Positions 39,856-49,256 of a stretch of 64,000 nt of DNA are shown here, piece by piece. A program made the translations under genes and the position numbers. Origin of the DNA: Collinsella sp. (lineage in GTDB: Bacteria; Actinomycetota; Coriobacteriia; Coriobacteriales; Coriobacteriaceae); assembly GCA_036550475.1 (NCBI GenBank), contig JAXKGH010000062.1, forward strand, positions 13,835 to 77,834, read 5' to 3'. Under the pieces are notes generated by a model. It had not been told where the DNA came from. It searched no databases and was given only the letters and a program-made list of their open reading frames with translations. The first letter of the stretch is position 1, and each line of letters starts with the position of its first letter.

Positions 39856-42093
39856 ATGACACTCGTATCCAAGACCTTTGAGCTGTACGGCAAGACCTAC
39901 ACCTTTGAGTCGGGCGAGCTTGCCAAGCAGGCCACCGGCGCCTGCCTGGTCAAGCAGGGCGACACCACCATGCTCGACACCGTGGTCGTCTCCAAGGAGC
40001 GCAAGAACTACGACTTCTTCCCGCTGACCGTCGACTTCAACGAGAAGATGTACGCCGCCGGCCGCATCCCGGGTGGCTACCTCAAGCGTGAGGGCCGTCC
40101 CAGCGAGAAGGCCACGCTCACCGCGCGCATGATCGACCGTCCGATTCGCCCGAGCTTCCCGGATGGCTTCCGCAACGAGGTGCACATCGTCGCTACCTCG
40201 CTTGTCGCCGACCAGGTCAACCCCTTTGACGTCATCAACGTCATGGGTGCTTCCCTGGCCATGACGCTCGGCGGCGTGCCCTTCGAGGGCCCGCTTGCCT
40301 GTGTGCGCATCGGCCGTAACGTGGAGACCGGCGAGTTTATCGTCAACCCCACCTACGAGGAGCGCGAGAACTCCGATCTGGACCTGGAGCTGGGTGGATC
40401 CGCCGACTTCATCTCGATGGTTGAGGCCGGCGCAGAGGAGATCTCCGAGGACGACATGCTCGCCGCCATGAAGTTTGGCCAGGAGGCCCTTGCCGCTTTC
40501 TGCCAGGCTCAGGACGAGTTCGTCGCCGAGTGGGAGCAGGTTAACGGCCCCATCGTCAAGAAGGAGTACCCGCTCGATCAGCCCGTCGAGGAGGTCCAGG
40601 AGCGCATCTTCGCCCACTACGACGAGATGGCAGCCGCCCTTCGCGATGCCGACAAGCTCTCCCGTATCGGTAAGGTCGAGGCTCTGAAGGAGTCCATCCG
40701 CGCCGAGTTCACCGAGGAGGAGCAGGCCGCTTGGGAGCGCGAGATCCCCGTGGCGCTCAAGAAGCTCGAGAAGAAGGCCATGCGCACCATGGTCGTCGAG
40801 ACCGGCGAGCGCGTCGACGGCCGTGCCGCCGATGAGATCCGCCCCATCATGGTGAAGGACAACTACCTGCCGCTCGTTCACGGATCCGGCCTGTTCCAGC
40901 GTGGCCAGACCCAGGTGCTCTCGGTTCTTTCGCTCGGCATGCTCAACGAGGGCCAGCGTCTGGATACCATCGAGCCTACCGAGGGCAAGCGCTACATGCA
41001 TCACTACAACTTCCCGCCGTTCTGCACCGGCGAGACTGGCCGCATGGGCAGCCCCAAGCGCCGCGAGATCGGCCACGGCAACCTTGCTGAGCGCGCTCTG
41101 CTTCCGGTGCTCCCCGACGAGAACGAGTTCCCCTACGCCATCCGCGTCGTCTCCGAGGTCATGGAGTCCAACGGCTCCTCTTCGATGGCTTCGACCTGCG
41201 GCTCCACGCTCGCCCTTATGGACGGCGGCGTGCCCATTAAGCGCCCGGTCTCCGGTATCGCCATGGGCCTGATCCAGGAGGAGGGCAAGACCGTGGTCCT
41301 GTCCGACATCCAGGGTCTCGAGGACTTCCTGGGCGATATGGACTTTAAGGTCACCGGCACCACCGAGGGCATCACCGCCCTGCAGATGGACAATAAGGCC
41401 ACCGGCCTTACCTTCGACATCCTGGCTCGCGCTCTGCAGCAGGCCAAGGAGGGTCGTGCCTTCATTCTGCAGAAGATGCTCGATGCGATCCCCGAGCCGC
41501 GCCACACCACGCGCAGCACCGCCCCGCGTATCGTCTCCATCCAGGTTCCGACTGACAAGATCCGCGACGTCATCGGTTCCGGCGGTAAGGTCATCCGTGG
41601 TATCCAGGATGAGACCGGCGCTTCGGTCGACATCCAGGAGGACGGCACCGTCTTTGTCGGCGGCACCGGCGAGTCCGTCGACCAGGCTGTCGAGCGCATC
41701 AAGCTCATCATCAAGGTTCCCGAGCCGGGCGAGGAGTACACCGGTCGCGTGGTCTCCATCCAGCCCTTCGGCGCCTTCGTCAACCTGCTGCCCGGTAAGG
41801 ACGGCCTGCTGCACATCTCCCGCGTCGCCAAGGGCCGCGTGGAGAAGGTCGAGGACGTCCTCAACGTGGGCGACGAGGTCAAGGTCGTCGTCATCGAGGT
41901 CGACGATCGCGGCAAGATCTCGCTCGATCGTCTGGATAAGCCCGAGGCTCCGGCTCGCGCCGAGGGTGCCTCCGAGGGCGACGGCGAGCACTTCCAGCGT
42001 CGTGAGCGTCCGCGTCGCGAGCGCAGCGACCGTCCGCGCCGTCCCGGCGACAACGGAGGCCGCAAGCCCCGCCGTCACCACGACGCCGAGTAA
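39856..42093 (+). CDS. pnp: Polyribonucleotide nucleotidyltransferase
   Basis: FFPLTVD, RRE..HG, ESNGSSSMAS and GDMDFKV motifs; KH and S1 domains. Confidence 0.98.
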   Translation: MTLVSKTFELYGKTYTFESGELAKQATGACLVKQGDTTMLDTVVVSKERKNYDFFPLTVDFNEKMYAAGRIPGGYLKREGRPSEKATLTARMIDRPIRPSFPDGFRNEVHIVATSLVADQVNPFDVINVMGASLAMTLGGVPFEGPLACVRIGRNVETGEFIVNPTYEERENSDLDLELGGSADFISMVEAGAEEISEDDMLAAMKFGQEALAAFCQAQDEFVAEWEQVNGPIVKKEYPLDQPVEEVQERIFAHYDEMAAALRDADKLSRIGKVEALKESIRAEFTEEEQAAWEREIPVALKKLEKKAMRTMVVETGERVDGRAADEIRPIMVKDNYLPLVHGSGLFQRGQTQVLSVLSLGMLNEGQRLDTIEPTEGKRYMHHYNFPPFCTGETGRMGSPKRREIGHGNLAERALLPVLPDENEFPYAIRVVSEVMESNGSSSMASTCGSTLALMDGGVPIKRPVSGIAMGLIQEEGKTVVLSDIQGLEDFLGDMDFKVTGTTEGITALQMDNKATGLTFDILARALQQAKEGRAFILQKMLDAIPEPRHTTRSTAPRIVSIQVPTDKIRDVIGSGGKVIRGIQDETGASVDIQEDGTVFVGGTGESVDQAVERIKLIIKVPEPGEEYTGRVVSIQPFGAFVNLLPGKDGLLHISRVAKGRVEKVEDVLNVGDEVKVVVIEVDDRGKISLDRLDKPEAPARAEGASEGDGEHFQRRERPRRERSDRPRRPGDNGGRKPRRHHDAE

Positions 42094-42116
42094 CAGCTAT
42101 ACATAAACAGCTCAAC

Positions 42117-42147
42117 AAGGGCGACTCCGGACAGGGGTCGCCCTTTT
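42117..42147 (+). terminator. Intrinsic terminator after pnp
   Basis: AAGGGCGACTCC-GGACA-GGGGTCGCCCTTTT. Confidence 0.8.
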
Positions 42148-42288
42148 GCTTGCGCCCGGGAGGGCCGCATATGAAGTTTCCTGCTCTACAGTCCTGCGCA
42201 AGACGGAAAGCACATTAAGTGCTTTCCTTTGCGTGCGGAACTCGCGATAAACTTCATATGCGGCCCTCCCGGGCGCAAGCAAAAGGGC
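42140..42288. repeat. Long hairpin element, copy 1 (40-bp perfect arms, 69-nt core)
   Basis: Arms 42140-42179 and 42249-42288 are exact reverse complements. Confidence 0.92.
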
Positions 42289-42412
42289 TGGTTGGTGCCG
42301 CTTGCTATTTAGTTAGATAGTCTATTCAGTGGTCAGATTTCAGATCAGTAGATAGACACAGCAGTATTTCCCCTGATAAAACCTACCAAAATAAACCTAT
42401 CTCATATTGGCA

Positions 42413-42553
42413 GGTCAGGGCTCAGCGGCCCCGGCACGGGCTAAGTTTATCGCGAGTTCCGCACGAACAGGAGGCCACTTAATGTGGCCTCCGTCGTGAG
42501 CAGGACTGTAGAGCAGGAAACTTAGCCCGTGCCGGGGCCGCTGAGCCCTGACC
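42413..42553. repeat. Long hairpin element, copy 2 (36-bp perfect arms, core inverted relative to copy 1)
   Basis: Arms 42413-42448 and 42518-42553 are exact reverse complements; the 69-nt core matches the reverse complement of the copy 1 core at 59/69. Confidence 0.92.
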
Positions 42554-42741
42554 GGCGGGATACACAGGTTCAGATGGGGCTTTGATGCATGGGTGGTCTG
42601 TTGTTGTGCAAATGGGTATCATACTGTGGTTATTGCATCGACTCTGCGATGCATTGTTGTACGTTCCCGGCGGTCGGTTTGCCAGAAGCGCCCCGTCGGT
42701 TGTTCCAGACCCGTTTCGAAGAAAGGAAACAACACTAACCT

Positions 42742-44412
42742 ATGGCAGCTAAAAAATCATCTCCCTTGAAGATCATCCCGCTCGGCGGCCTTGACGGCAT
42801 CGGCAAGAACATGACGGTCTTCGAGTGCGGCGACGACATGGTGCTCGTCGACGCTGGCCTCATGTTCCCCGACGACTCCCAGCCCGGTATCGACCTGGTG
42901 CTTCCTGACTACACCTACGTTCTTGAAAACGAGGAGAAGCTCCGCGGTATCGTCGTCACCCACGGCCACGAGGACCACACCGGTTCGCTTCCGTATCTGC
43001 TGCAGGACCTCAACAACAAGGTGCCCATCTTCTCGAGCAAGCTGACGCTTGGCTTTATCGAGGGCAAGCTCTCTGAGTTCCGCATCCGCGCGCCCAAGTT
43101 CCGCGAGGTCAAGGGCGGAAGCCATGTCAATCTCGGTGGCATCTCGCTCGACTTCTTCTCGATGACGCACTCCATCCCCGGCGCTCTGGGCGTGTTCATT
43201 CGCACTAACCAGGGCACCGTTATGCACACCGGCGACTTTAAGCTCGACCAGACGCCCATCGACGGCGTTACGCCCGACTATGCCGCTATCAGCCGCTTTG
43301 CCAAGCAGGGTATCGACCTGCTGCTTTCCGACTCCACCAATGCCACGGTTCCCGGCTTTACCAAGTCCGAGGCCGAGGTTGGTCCCAATCTGCTGCACGC
43401 CATCAAGAACGCCCCGGGTCGCGTGTTCGTCGCGTCGTTCTCGAGCCACATTCATCGCCTGCAGCAGATCTGCGATGCCGCCCGTAAGTGCGGCCGTAAG
43501 GTCGTTGTGACCGGTCGCTCCATGCTCACCAACACCCGCGTCGCGCGCGAGCTGGGCTACCTCAACATCGACGATGCCGATATCATCGATGCCTTCGATA
43601 TCGATAACCTGCCCGACGACAAGATCGTCGTCATGTGCACCGGTTCGCAGGGCGAGCCGCTGTCGGCCCTGTCCCGCATGGCCAATGGCGAGCACAAGAC
43701 GCTCTCCATCCACGAGGGCGATACCGTCATCCTCTCAGCAACTCCCGTTCCCGGCAACGAGAAGGCCGTCCAGCAGGTCGTCAACAGCCTGGCCAAGCTC
43801 GGCTGCGACGTGTGGGATAAGAACCGCGCTCTCGTCCACGTTTCCGGTCACGGTAGCCAGGAGGAGCTCAAGCTCCTGATGGCCATGGCCAAGCCCACGT
43901 ACTTTATGCCGGTTCACGGCGAGGCCGTGCATCTGCGCGCCCATGCCCAGCTGGCCCGCAAGATGGGCATCAAGGACGATCATATCTTTATCCTCGATAA
44001 CGGCGACACGCTCGAGATGCGCGGCGGTATCGTCAAACGCGGTACGCCCGTCGAGTCCGGCGTCGTCTACGTCGACGGCCTGCGTATCGGCGATACCGAC
44101 CCCATCGTCCTGCGCGATCGCCAGAAGCTCGCCAACGACGGTATGGTCACGGCCGTCGCCATCGTCTCGCTCAAGCACAAGAAGATCGAGGCCATCGAGT
44201 TCTCGGGCCGCGGCGTCTCGTTTGCCATCGACGACCAGTTCTCCGAGGATGCCTCCGCGTCCATTATGAAGACGATCGAGAAGGGCAAGTTCAGCTTTAC
44301 GAGCAGCGGTTCCGATGCCATTCGCAAGGCCGTGCGCGACTCGCTCTCCAACTTTATCTGGAGCCGTACGCGCACTCGTCCGATGATCATCCCGGTCGTC
44401 ATGGAGGTTTAG
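42742..44412 (+). CDS. rnj: Ribonuclease J
   Basis: PLGGLDGIGKNM, THGHEDHTG, HTGDFK, TGSQGEP and HVSGH motifs. Confidence 0.97.
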   Translation: MAAKKSSPLKIIPLGGLDGIGKNMTVFECGDDMVLVDAGLMFPDDSQPGIDLVLPDYTYVLENEEKLRGIVVTHGHEDHTGSLPYLLQDLNNKVPIFSSKLTLGFIEGKLSEFRIRAPKFREVKGGSHVNLGGISLDFFSMTHSIPGALGVFIRTNQGTVMHTGDFKLDQTPIDGVTPDYAAISRFAKQGIDLLLSDSTNATVPGFTKSEAEVGPNLLHAIKNAPGRVFVASFSSHIHRLQQICDAARKCGRKVVVTGRSMLTNTRVARELGYLNIDDADIIDAFDIDNLPDDKIVVMCTGSQGEPLSALSRMANGEHKTLSIHEGDTVILSATPVPGNEKAVQQVVNSLAKLGCDVWDKNRALVHVSGHGSQEELKLLMAMAKPTYFMPVHGEAVHLRAHAQLARKMGIKDDHIFILDNGDTLEMRGGIVKRGTPVESGVVYVDGLRIGDTDPIVLRDRQKLANDGMVTAVAIVSLKHKKIEAIEFSGRGVSFAIDDQFSEDASASIMKTIEKGKFSFTSSGSDAIRKAVRDSLSNFIWSRTRTRPMIIPVVMEV

Positions 44413-44413
44413 T

Positions 44414-47194
44414 TTGGCGCGCGGATCTGCACAAAACGCCAAAGGCAATAAGGCCAACAACCAACCGGCATCTGCTAAGGGTGCCGGTTCCCATCTGCGT
44501 GCCAATAAGGGTCACGAGTCCGAGTTCGATGATTTCGAGCCCTTGGTCGAGCCCTCGGCCAACCGCGATATCGCCGGCGTGGTCATTGCCGTCTTGGCGA
44601 TTGCGTCCTTTATTGCCGTGATTTCTCCGGCGACTGCGCCCGTTACGGCTGCGGTTGCCGGTTTCTACCACTTGGGCTTTGGTCTGGGCGCCTACGTGCT
44701 GCCGATCGTCATTTTGCTGTTTGCCGCCACGCTCTTTTTAGGCGAGGACTCGCCGCTCAACGCGCGCTCTGTTGCGGGCGGCGCCGTGGTCTTTATCGCC
44801 GTCGTCTCCATTCTTTCGTTGATGGTGCCAGGTACGAGCGACTCGTGCGACCTTATGTTCACGCCGCAAAATCTGTCCGCCTCGGGTGGCTACATTGGTG
44901 CGTTTATTGCGAGTGCGCTGCAGAATGCCCTGGGTAAGCCTATCGCGATGGTGGTCCTGTTGGGCCTTGTCGTCGTGGGCCTGGTCATCATCGGCTTTTC
45001 GGTGGGCGGCGTTTTGCGCTCTGCCCGCGACCGTGCGGCAGATTTTGCCGAGCGCCGTCGTGCCGACGTCAACGCGAGTCCGTGGGGTGACGATGAGGCC
45101 CTGTCGGTGCCCGGCGTTGCCCGTCCTCACCTGAGCATTCTTCGTCAAAAGGGCTCCGATGCTGCCGTGACCACGGTCATGGGCAACGATGTGGACCCGG
45201 TTTTGGACGATGACGACGAGGACGAGGATCCGTTTGTCGACGTGTCCGATGCCGTGGAAGCTGAGCGCGCTAAGACGACGCTGTTGCCGCGCCGCCATGC
45301 CAAGAAGGGCAAGGCTGCGCCCAAACTCAATACGAGTGAGCCCGACCCGTCTTGGTCCGAGAGCGAGATTGAGCTCACCGAGGGCGATGACGAGGACGAC
45401 GAGGCTCCGATTGAGACCGCAAAGACAACTTTGCTGCCGCGTCGCCATGCAAAGCGCGACCAGGTAACCGGTCAGCTTTCGATGGAAGACGACCCCGATA
45501 AGATCGACGAGTCCGAGCCGCCGTTTGCCGTGAATCCTGTCTCGGCAGCACCTCAGATCCCCGACTTCTTGAAGCATCCCAAGGTTGCCGATGCGCCTGC
45601 CTTGAGTGCTGTCGAATCGGCTGCGGCTAGCGATGGGGGAGCGGACGGCGGCGCAGCAGATAACGAGGGCGAAGAAGAGGACGGCCTCAAACTTCCGCCA
45701 CTTGAGATTCTGCATGCCAACCCGCAGTCGGCTTCCTCCGCGTCTTCTGACAAGGAGCTGGAACAGACTGCCGAGTCGCTTCAGTCCACCTTGCTGGAGT
45801 TTGGTCGTAGTGCCCGCGTGGTCGGCTGGATCGCCGGCCCCACGGTGACGACCTTTAAGCTGCAACCTGGCGAGGGCGAGCGCGTGAGCAAGATTTCGAG
45901 CCTCGAGGACGATATCGCGCTATCGCTTGCTGCCCAGTCCGTGCGTATCTTTGCCCCGATCCCCGGCACCTCGCTTGTGGGTATCGAGATCCCCAATCGC
46001 AAGCGCCAGAACGTCAACCTGGGCGACGTGCTTCCCTATGTGAAGGGCGGTCCGCTCGAGCTCGCCATCGGTCGAGATGCCGAGGGTACGCCGGTCGTCG
46101 CCGACCTTGCCAAGATGCCCCACCTGCTGATCGCCGGTACCACGGGTTCCGGTAAGTCAGTCATGATCAACTCCATCATCACGACCTTGCTCATGCGCGC
46201 CCTTCCCGAGGACGTTCGCCTGATCATGGTCGACCCCAAGCGCGTCGAGCTTGCGGGCTATAACGGTCTGCCGCATCTTTACGTGCCTGTAGTGACCGAG
46301 CCCAAGCAGGCCGCGAGCGCTCTGCAATGGGCCGTGTCCGAGATGGAGCGTCGCCTGAAGGTCTTCGAGCGTCTCAACGTGCGTAAGATCTCGACTTACA
46401 ACGAAAAGCAGGCCGCCGGCGAGTTTGAGCATTACGATAACCCGCCGCAAAAGATGCCCTACCTGGTCATCATCATCGACGAGCTCTCGGACCTGATGAT
46501 GGTCGCCGGTAAGGATGTCGAGGCCTCGATCGTGCGTATCGCCCAGCTGGGCCGTGCCGCCGGTATCCACCTTATCGTGGCCACGCAGCGCCCGAGCTCC
46601 AACGTGGTGACGGGCCTTATCAAGGCTAACATCACCAACCGCATCGCCTTTAACGTCGCCACGGGTATCGACTCGCGCGTCATCATTGATCAGATGGGCG
46701 CCGAAAAGCTCACTGGTTTGGGCGACATGCTGTTCTCTAAGGTCGACTGGGGCAAGCCTCGCCGTATTCAGGGCTGCTTTGTCTCGGACGATGAAATCAA
46801 CGAGATTGTCGAGTTCGTCAAGTCGCAGAGCGAGCCCGACTACCACGAGGAGATCCTGTCTGCCGTGGCGCCCGCTTCCATGTCCATGGCGGGTGGCGGC
46901 GGCATTGTCCGCACCGGAGTCGCCGAGCCGCAAGACGATGATCCTCTCATTTGGGAAGCCGCCCATATTGTGGTGGAATCGCAGCTTGGCTCCACATCTG
47001 GCCTGCAACGTCGTCTGAAGGTTGGCTATGCGCGCGCCGGGCGTATTATGGACATGCTGGAAGAAAAGGGTGTCGTCGGTCCGCCCGACGGTTCCAAGCC
47101 GCGCGAGGTCCTGCTGGACGAGGAGGGGCTTGCCGCGCTGGAATCTGTCGACGCCGAGATGGCACGTGAAGATCGTGAGTTTGGAGGATTCTGA
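44414..47194 (+). CDS. ftsK: DNA translocase FtsK/SpoIIIE
   Basis: N-terminal TMs, acidic linker, PHLLIAGTTGSGKS, IIDELSDLM, ATQRPS and gamma-domain LQRRLKVGYARAGR. Confidence 0.96.
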   Translation: MARGSAQNAKGNKANNQPASAKGAGSHLRANKGHESEFDDFEPLVEPSANRDIAGVVIAVLAIASFIAVISPATAPVTAAVAGFYHLGFGLGAYVLPIVILLFAATLFLGEDSPLNARSVAGGAVVFIAVVSILSLMVPGTSDSCDLMFTPQNLSASGGYIGAFIASALQNALGKPIAMVVLLGLVVVGLVIIGFSVGGVLRSARDRAADFAERRRADVNASPWGDDEALSVPGVARPHLSILRQKGSDAAVTTVMGNDVDPVLDDDDEDEDPFVDVSDAVEAERAKTTLLPRRHAKKGKAAPKLNTSEPDPSWSESEIELTEGDDEDDEAPIETAKTTLLPRRHAKRDQVTGQLSMEDDPDKIDESEPPFAVNPVSAAPQIPDFLKHPKVADAPALSAVESAAASDGGADGGAADNEGEEEDGLKLPPLEILHANPQSASSASSDKELEQTAESLQSTLLEFGRSARVVGWIAGPTVTTFKLQPGEGERVSKISSLEDDIALSLAAQSVRIFAPIPGTSLVGIEIPNRKRQNVNLGDVLPYVKGGPLELAIGRDAEGTPVVADLAKMPHLLIAGTTGSGKSVMINSIITTLLMRALPEDVRLIMVDPKRVELAGYNGLPHLYVPVVTEPKQAASALQWAVSEMERRLKVFERLNVRKISTYNEKQAAGEFEHYDNPPQKMPYLVIIIDELSDLMMVAGKDVEASIVRIAQLGRAAGIHLIVATQRPSSNVVTGLIKANITNRIAFNVATGIDSRVIIDQMGAEKLTGLGDMLFSKVDWGKPRRIQGCFVSDDEINEIVEFVKSQSEPDYHEEILSAVAPASMSMAGGGGIVRTGVAEPQDDDPLIWEAAHIVVESQLGSTSGLQRRLKVGYARAGRIMDMLEEKGVVGPPDGSKPREVLLDEEGLAALESVDAEMAREDREFGGF

Positions 47195-48705
47195 TGGCTG
47201 CACGCTTTGGTGACATGCTGCTCGAGCAGCGTCGCCGAATGGGCCTTTCCATTCAGCAAGTCGCCAACACCATCAAAATCAGGCCGCAGATCATCGAGTT
47301 TTTCGAGACCGGTAACTTTGCTTCGATGCCGCCGCGCGGCTATGCGCAGGGCATGATTTCGAGCTATGCTCGCTTTTTGGGCCTCAATCCGCGCGAGGTC
47401 GTCAATGCCTACTTTGACGACCTGATGGCATACGAACGCGAGACGTCCCAGCAGGGCGGTCGTTTTCAGGACGCCGCCGGCTACGTCAATTCGCGTTCCT
47501 CGGTGGACAACGGGCGCTTCCTGATGGTTCAGGGCGGTCGTTCGACCCGCTATGGACAGCGTCCTCAGCAGGCCGGTTATATTACCGAGACGGGTTCAGG
47601 CGAGGAGATTCGCTCACAGCGTGACCGGTTCCGCAGTACGCCGATGCCCGAGGACCGTGCGCTTCCCGCTGCCCGCGGCGTGGCGCGTGACCCTCGTGCC
47701 GGCTACGGCGACGGCGGCTATTCCGATCGCGGTTACCGTGGTGCCTCTACGGGACGCTCTCGCGGTGGCTATGCGGATGCCGATACCACGCAGGTGACGC
47801 CGCGTCTTCGCTCTCAATCACAACCGTATGGCCAGCGCTCCTCGGCTTCGCGTTCGGGCCAGCGTGGCTATCAAGGCCGCGGTGAACTTGCGCCCCACTC
47901 GGGTCAGCGCAGCCTTCAGGGCCAGGGCGGCTATCGCGGCCGTTCCGATAGCAATCGCGGTCGTATGCCTCAGGGAAGCGGCCGCAGCAGTTCCGGTCGT
48001 GGACGCGGCGGATCACGTACTCCTCAAAACAACGGGCTCGATCCGCGTATCGTCTACGCCGGCATCGGCGCCGTTGCGCTGCTGTTGATTGTGCTCATCG
48101 TGGTGCTTCTGCGCGGTTGCGCATCTTCGGCGCCCGAGAACACGCCCGAGACGCCCACTGCTACCAAGATGACGACCAAGAAGTCTTCTAAGAAGACCGA
48201 AACGGTCGACGAGGACGATGACACCGATGAGCCGACGGATGAGTCGACTGATTCGGACGCTACCAAGACGACGGCCAAGAAGGAAGAGAACGAGGTCACG
48301 AAGGTCAAAGTCTCCGTTGCCAAGGGAAAGACCGCGTGGATTGAGGTCAAGGTCGACGGCAAGTCGGTCTATGGCGCTCAGGCGACTGGCCCCTTTGAGC
48401 AGGAGTACACGCCCGAGTCCTCGATCGAGATCACCACGTCCAAGCCTTCCGATGTTACCGTTACCAAGAACGGTGAAAAGGTCCGTTACGATACCAAGAC
48501 CTCGGGCGTGGCTCGTGTGACGATCACCGTTCCTAAGAAGGAGACGACTGATTCCGAGAATGGTGAAAGTTCTGATGGCACCGACACCACCGATGGTACC
48601 GACACCACCGACGGCACCGATGCCCAGTCCGCGGATGGCGCCGATACCGCAACTGACGGTCAGACGCCCACCGATTCTACCGACTATTCGTACGATAGCT
48701 ACTAA
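47194..48705 (+). CDS. RodZ-like HTH membrane protein
   Basis: N-terminal Cro-type HTH (GYAQGMISSYARFLGL), single TM, C-terminal beta domain (AWIEVKVDGK); ftsK-rodZ-rimO-pgsA synteny. Confidence 0.82.
   Translation: MAARFGDMLLEQRRRMGLSIQQVANTIKIRPQIIEFFETGNFASMPPRGYAQGMISSYARFLGLNPREVVNAYFDDLMAYERETSQQGGRFQDAAGYVNSRSSVDNGRFLMVQGGRSTRYGQRPQQAGYITETGSGEEIRSQRDRFRSTPMPEDRALPAARGVARDPRAGYGDGGYSDRGYRGASTGRSRGGYADADTTQVTPRLRSQSQPYGQRSSASRSGQRGYQGRGELAPHSGQRSLQGQGGYRGRSDSNRGRMPQGSGRSSSGRGRGGSRTPQNNGLDPRIVYAGIGAVALLLIVLIVVLLRGCASSAPENTPETPTATKMTTKKSSKKTETVDEDDDTDEPTDESTDSDATKTTAKKEENEVTKVKVSVAKGKTAWIEVKVDGKSVYGAQATGPFEQEYTPESSIEITTSKPSDVTVTKNGEKVRYDTKTSGVARVTITVPKKETTDSENGESSDGTDTTDGTDTTDGTDAQSADGADTATDGQTPTDSTDYSYDSY
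48574..48621 (+). repeat. 18-bp coding tandem repeat (DGTDTT) in the RodZ tail
   Basis: GATGGCACCGACACCACC GATGGTACCGACACCACC GACGGCACCGAT. Confidence 0.8.
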
Positions 48706-48731
48706 GCCGCTCGTACGCGAAAGGAAACAGC

Positions 48732-49229
48732 ATGGCTAAAGATTCCAGCTTCGACGTCGTGTCCGAGGTCAACATGCAAGAGGTCGACAACGCCTTCCAG
48801 CAGACCACGCGCGAGATTTCCCAGCGCTATGACCTTAAGGATTCCGGCGCCACGATCGAGCTTTCGAAGGGCGACAAGCTCTTTACGATCAACGCCCCGG
48901 CCGACTTTGTCTCCAAACAGATTGTCGACGTGCTGAGCTCCAAGCTCATCAAGCGCGGCATCGACCTCAAGGCTGTCTCGTGGGATGCTCCGCAGGCGGC
49001 ATCGGGCGGCACCGTGCGCGTGCTCGGCCATATCGTCGAGGGTATCGACCAGGCGACCGCCAAGAAGATCAACAAGGACATCAAGGACCAAAAGCTCAAG
49101 GTCAAGGTGACCATCGAGGCCGACAAGCTGCGTGTTTCCTCTGCTTCGAAGGACGCGTTGCAGACCGTGATCCAGTTCCTGCGCGACCAGGACTACGGCC
49201 AGCCGCTGCAGTTCACCAACTACCGCTAA
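48732..49229 (+). CDS. yajQ: YajQ family nucleotide-binding protein
   Basis: SFDVVSEVNMQEVDNA, RYDLK and LQFTNYR motifs. Confidence 0.95.
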   Translation: MAKDSSFDVVSEVNMQEVDNAFQQTTREISQRYDLKDSGATIELSKGDKLFTINAPADFVSKQIVDVLSSKLIKRGIDLKAVSWDAPQAASGGTVRVLGHIVEGIDQATAKKINKDIKDQKLKVKVTIEADKLRVSSASKDALQTVIQFLRDQDYGQPLQFTNYR

Positions 49230-49256
49230 TATCAATCGAAAGGACCGCTCTCCAAC

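Noticed and set aside
39808..42081. 757-aa - strand ORF opposite pnp
   Set aside because: Antisense shadow.
42140..42553. Possible CRISPR array, tRNA or attC cassette
   Set aside because: No direct repeat-spacer periodicity, no cloverleaf or CCA, no GTTRRRY/RYYYAAC boxes, and no integrase or cas genes.
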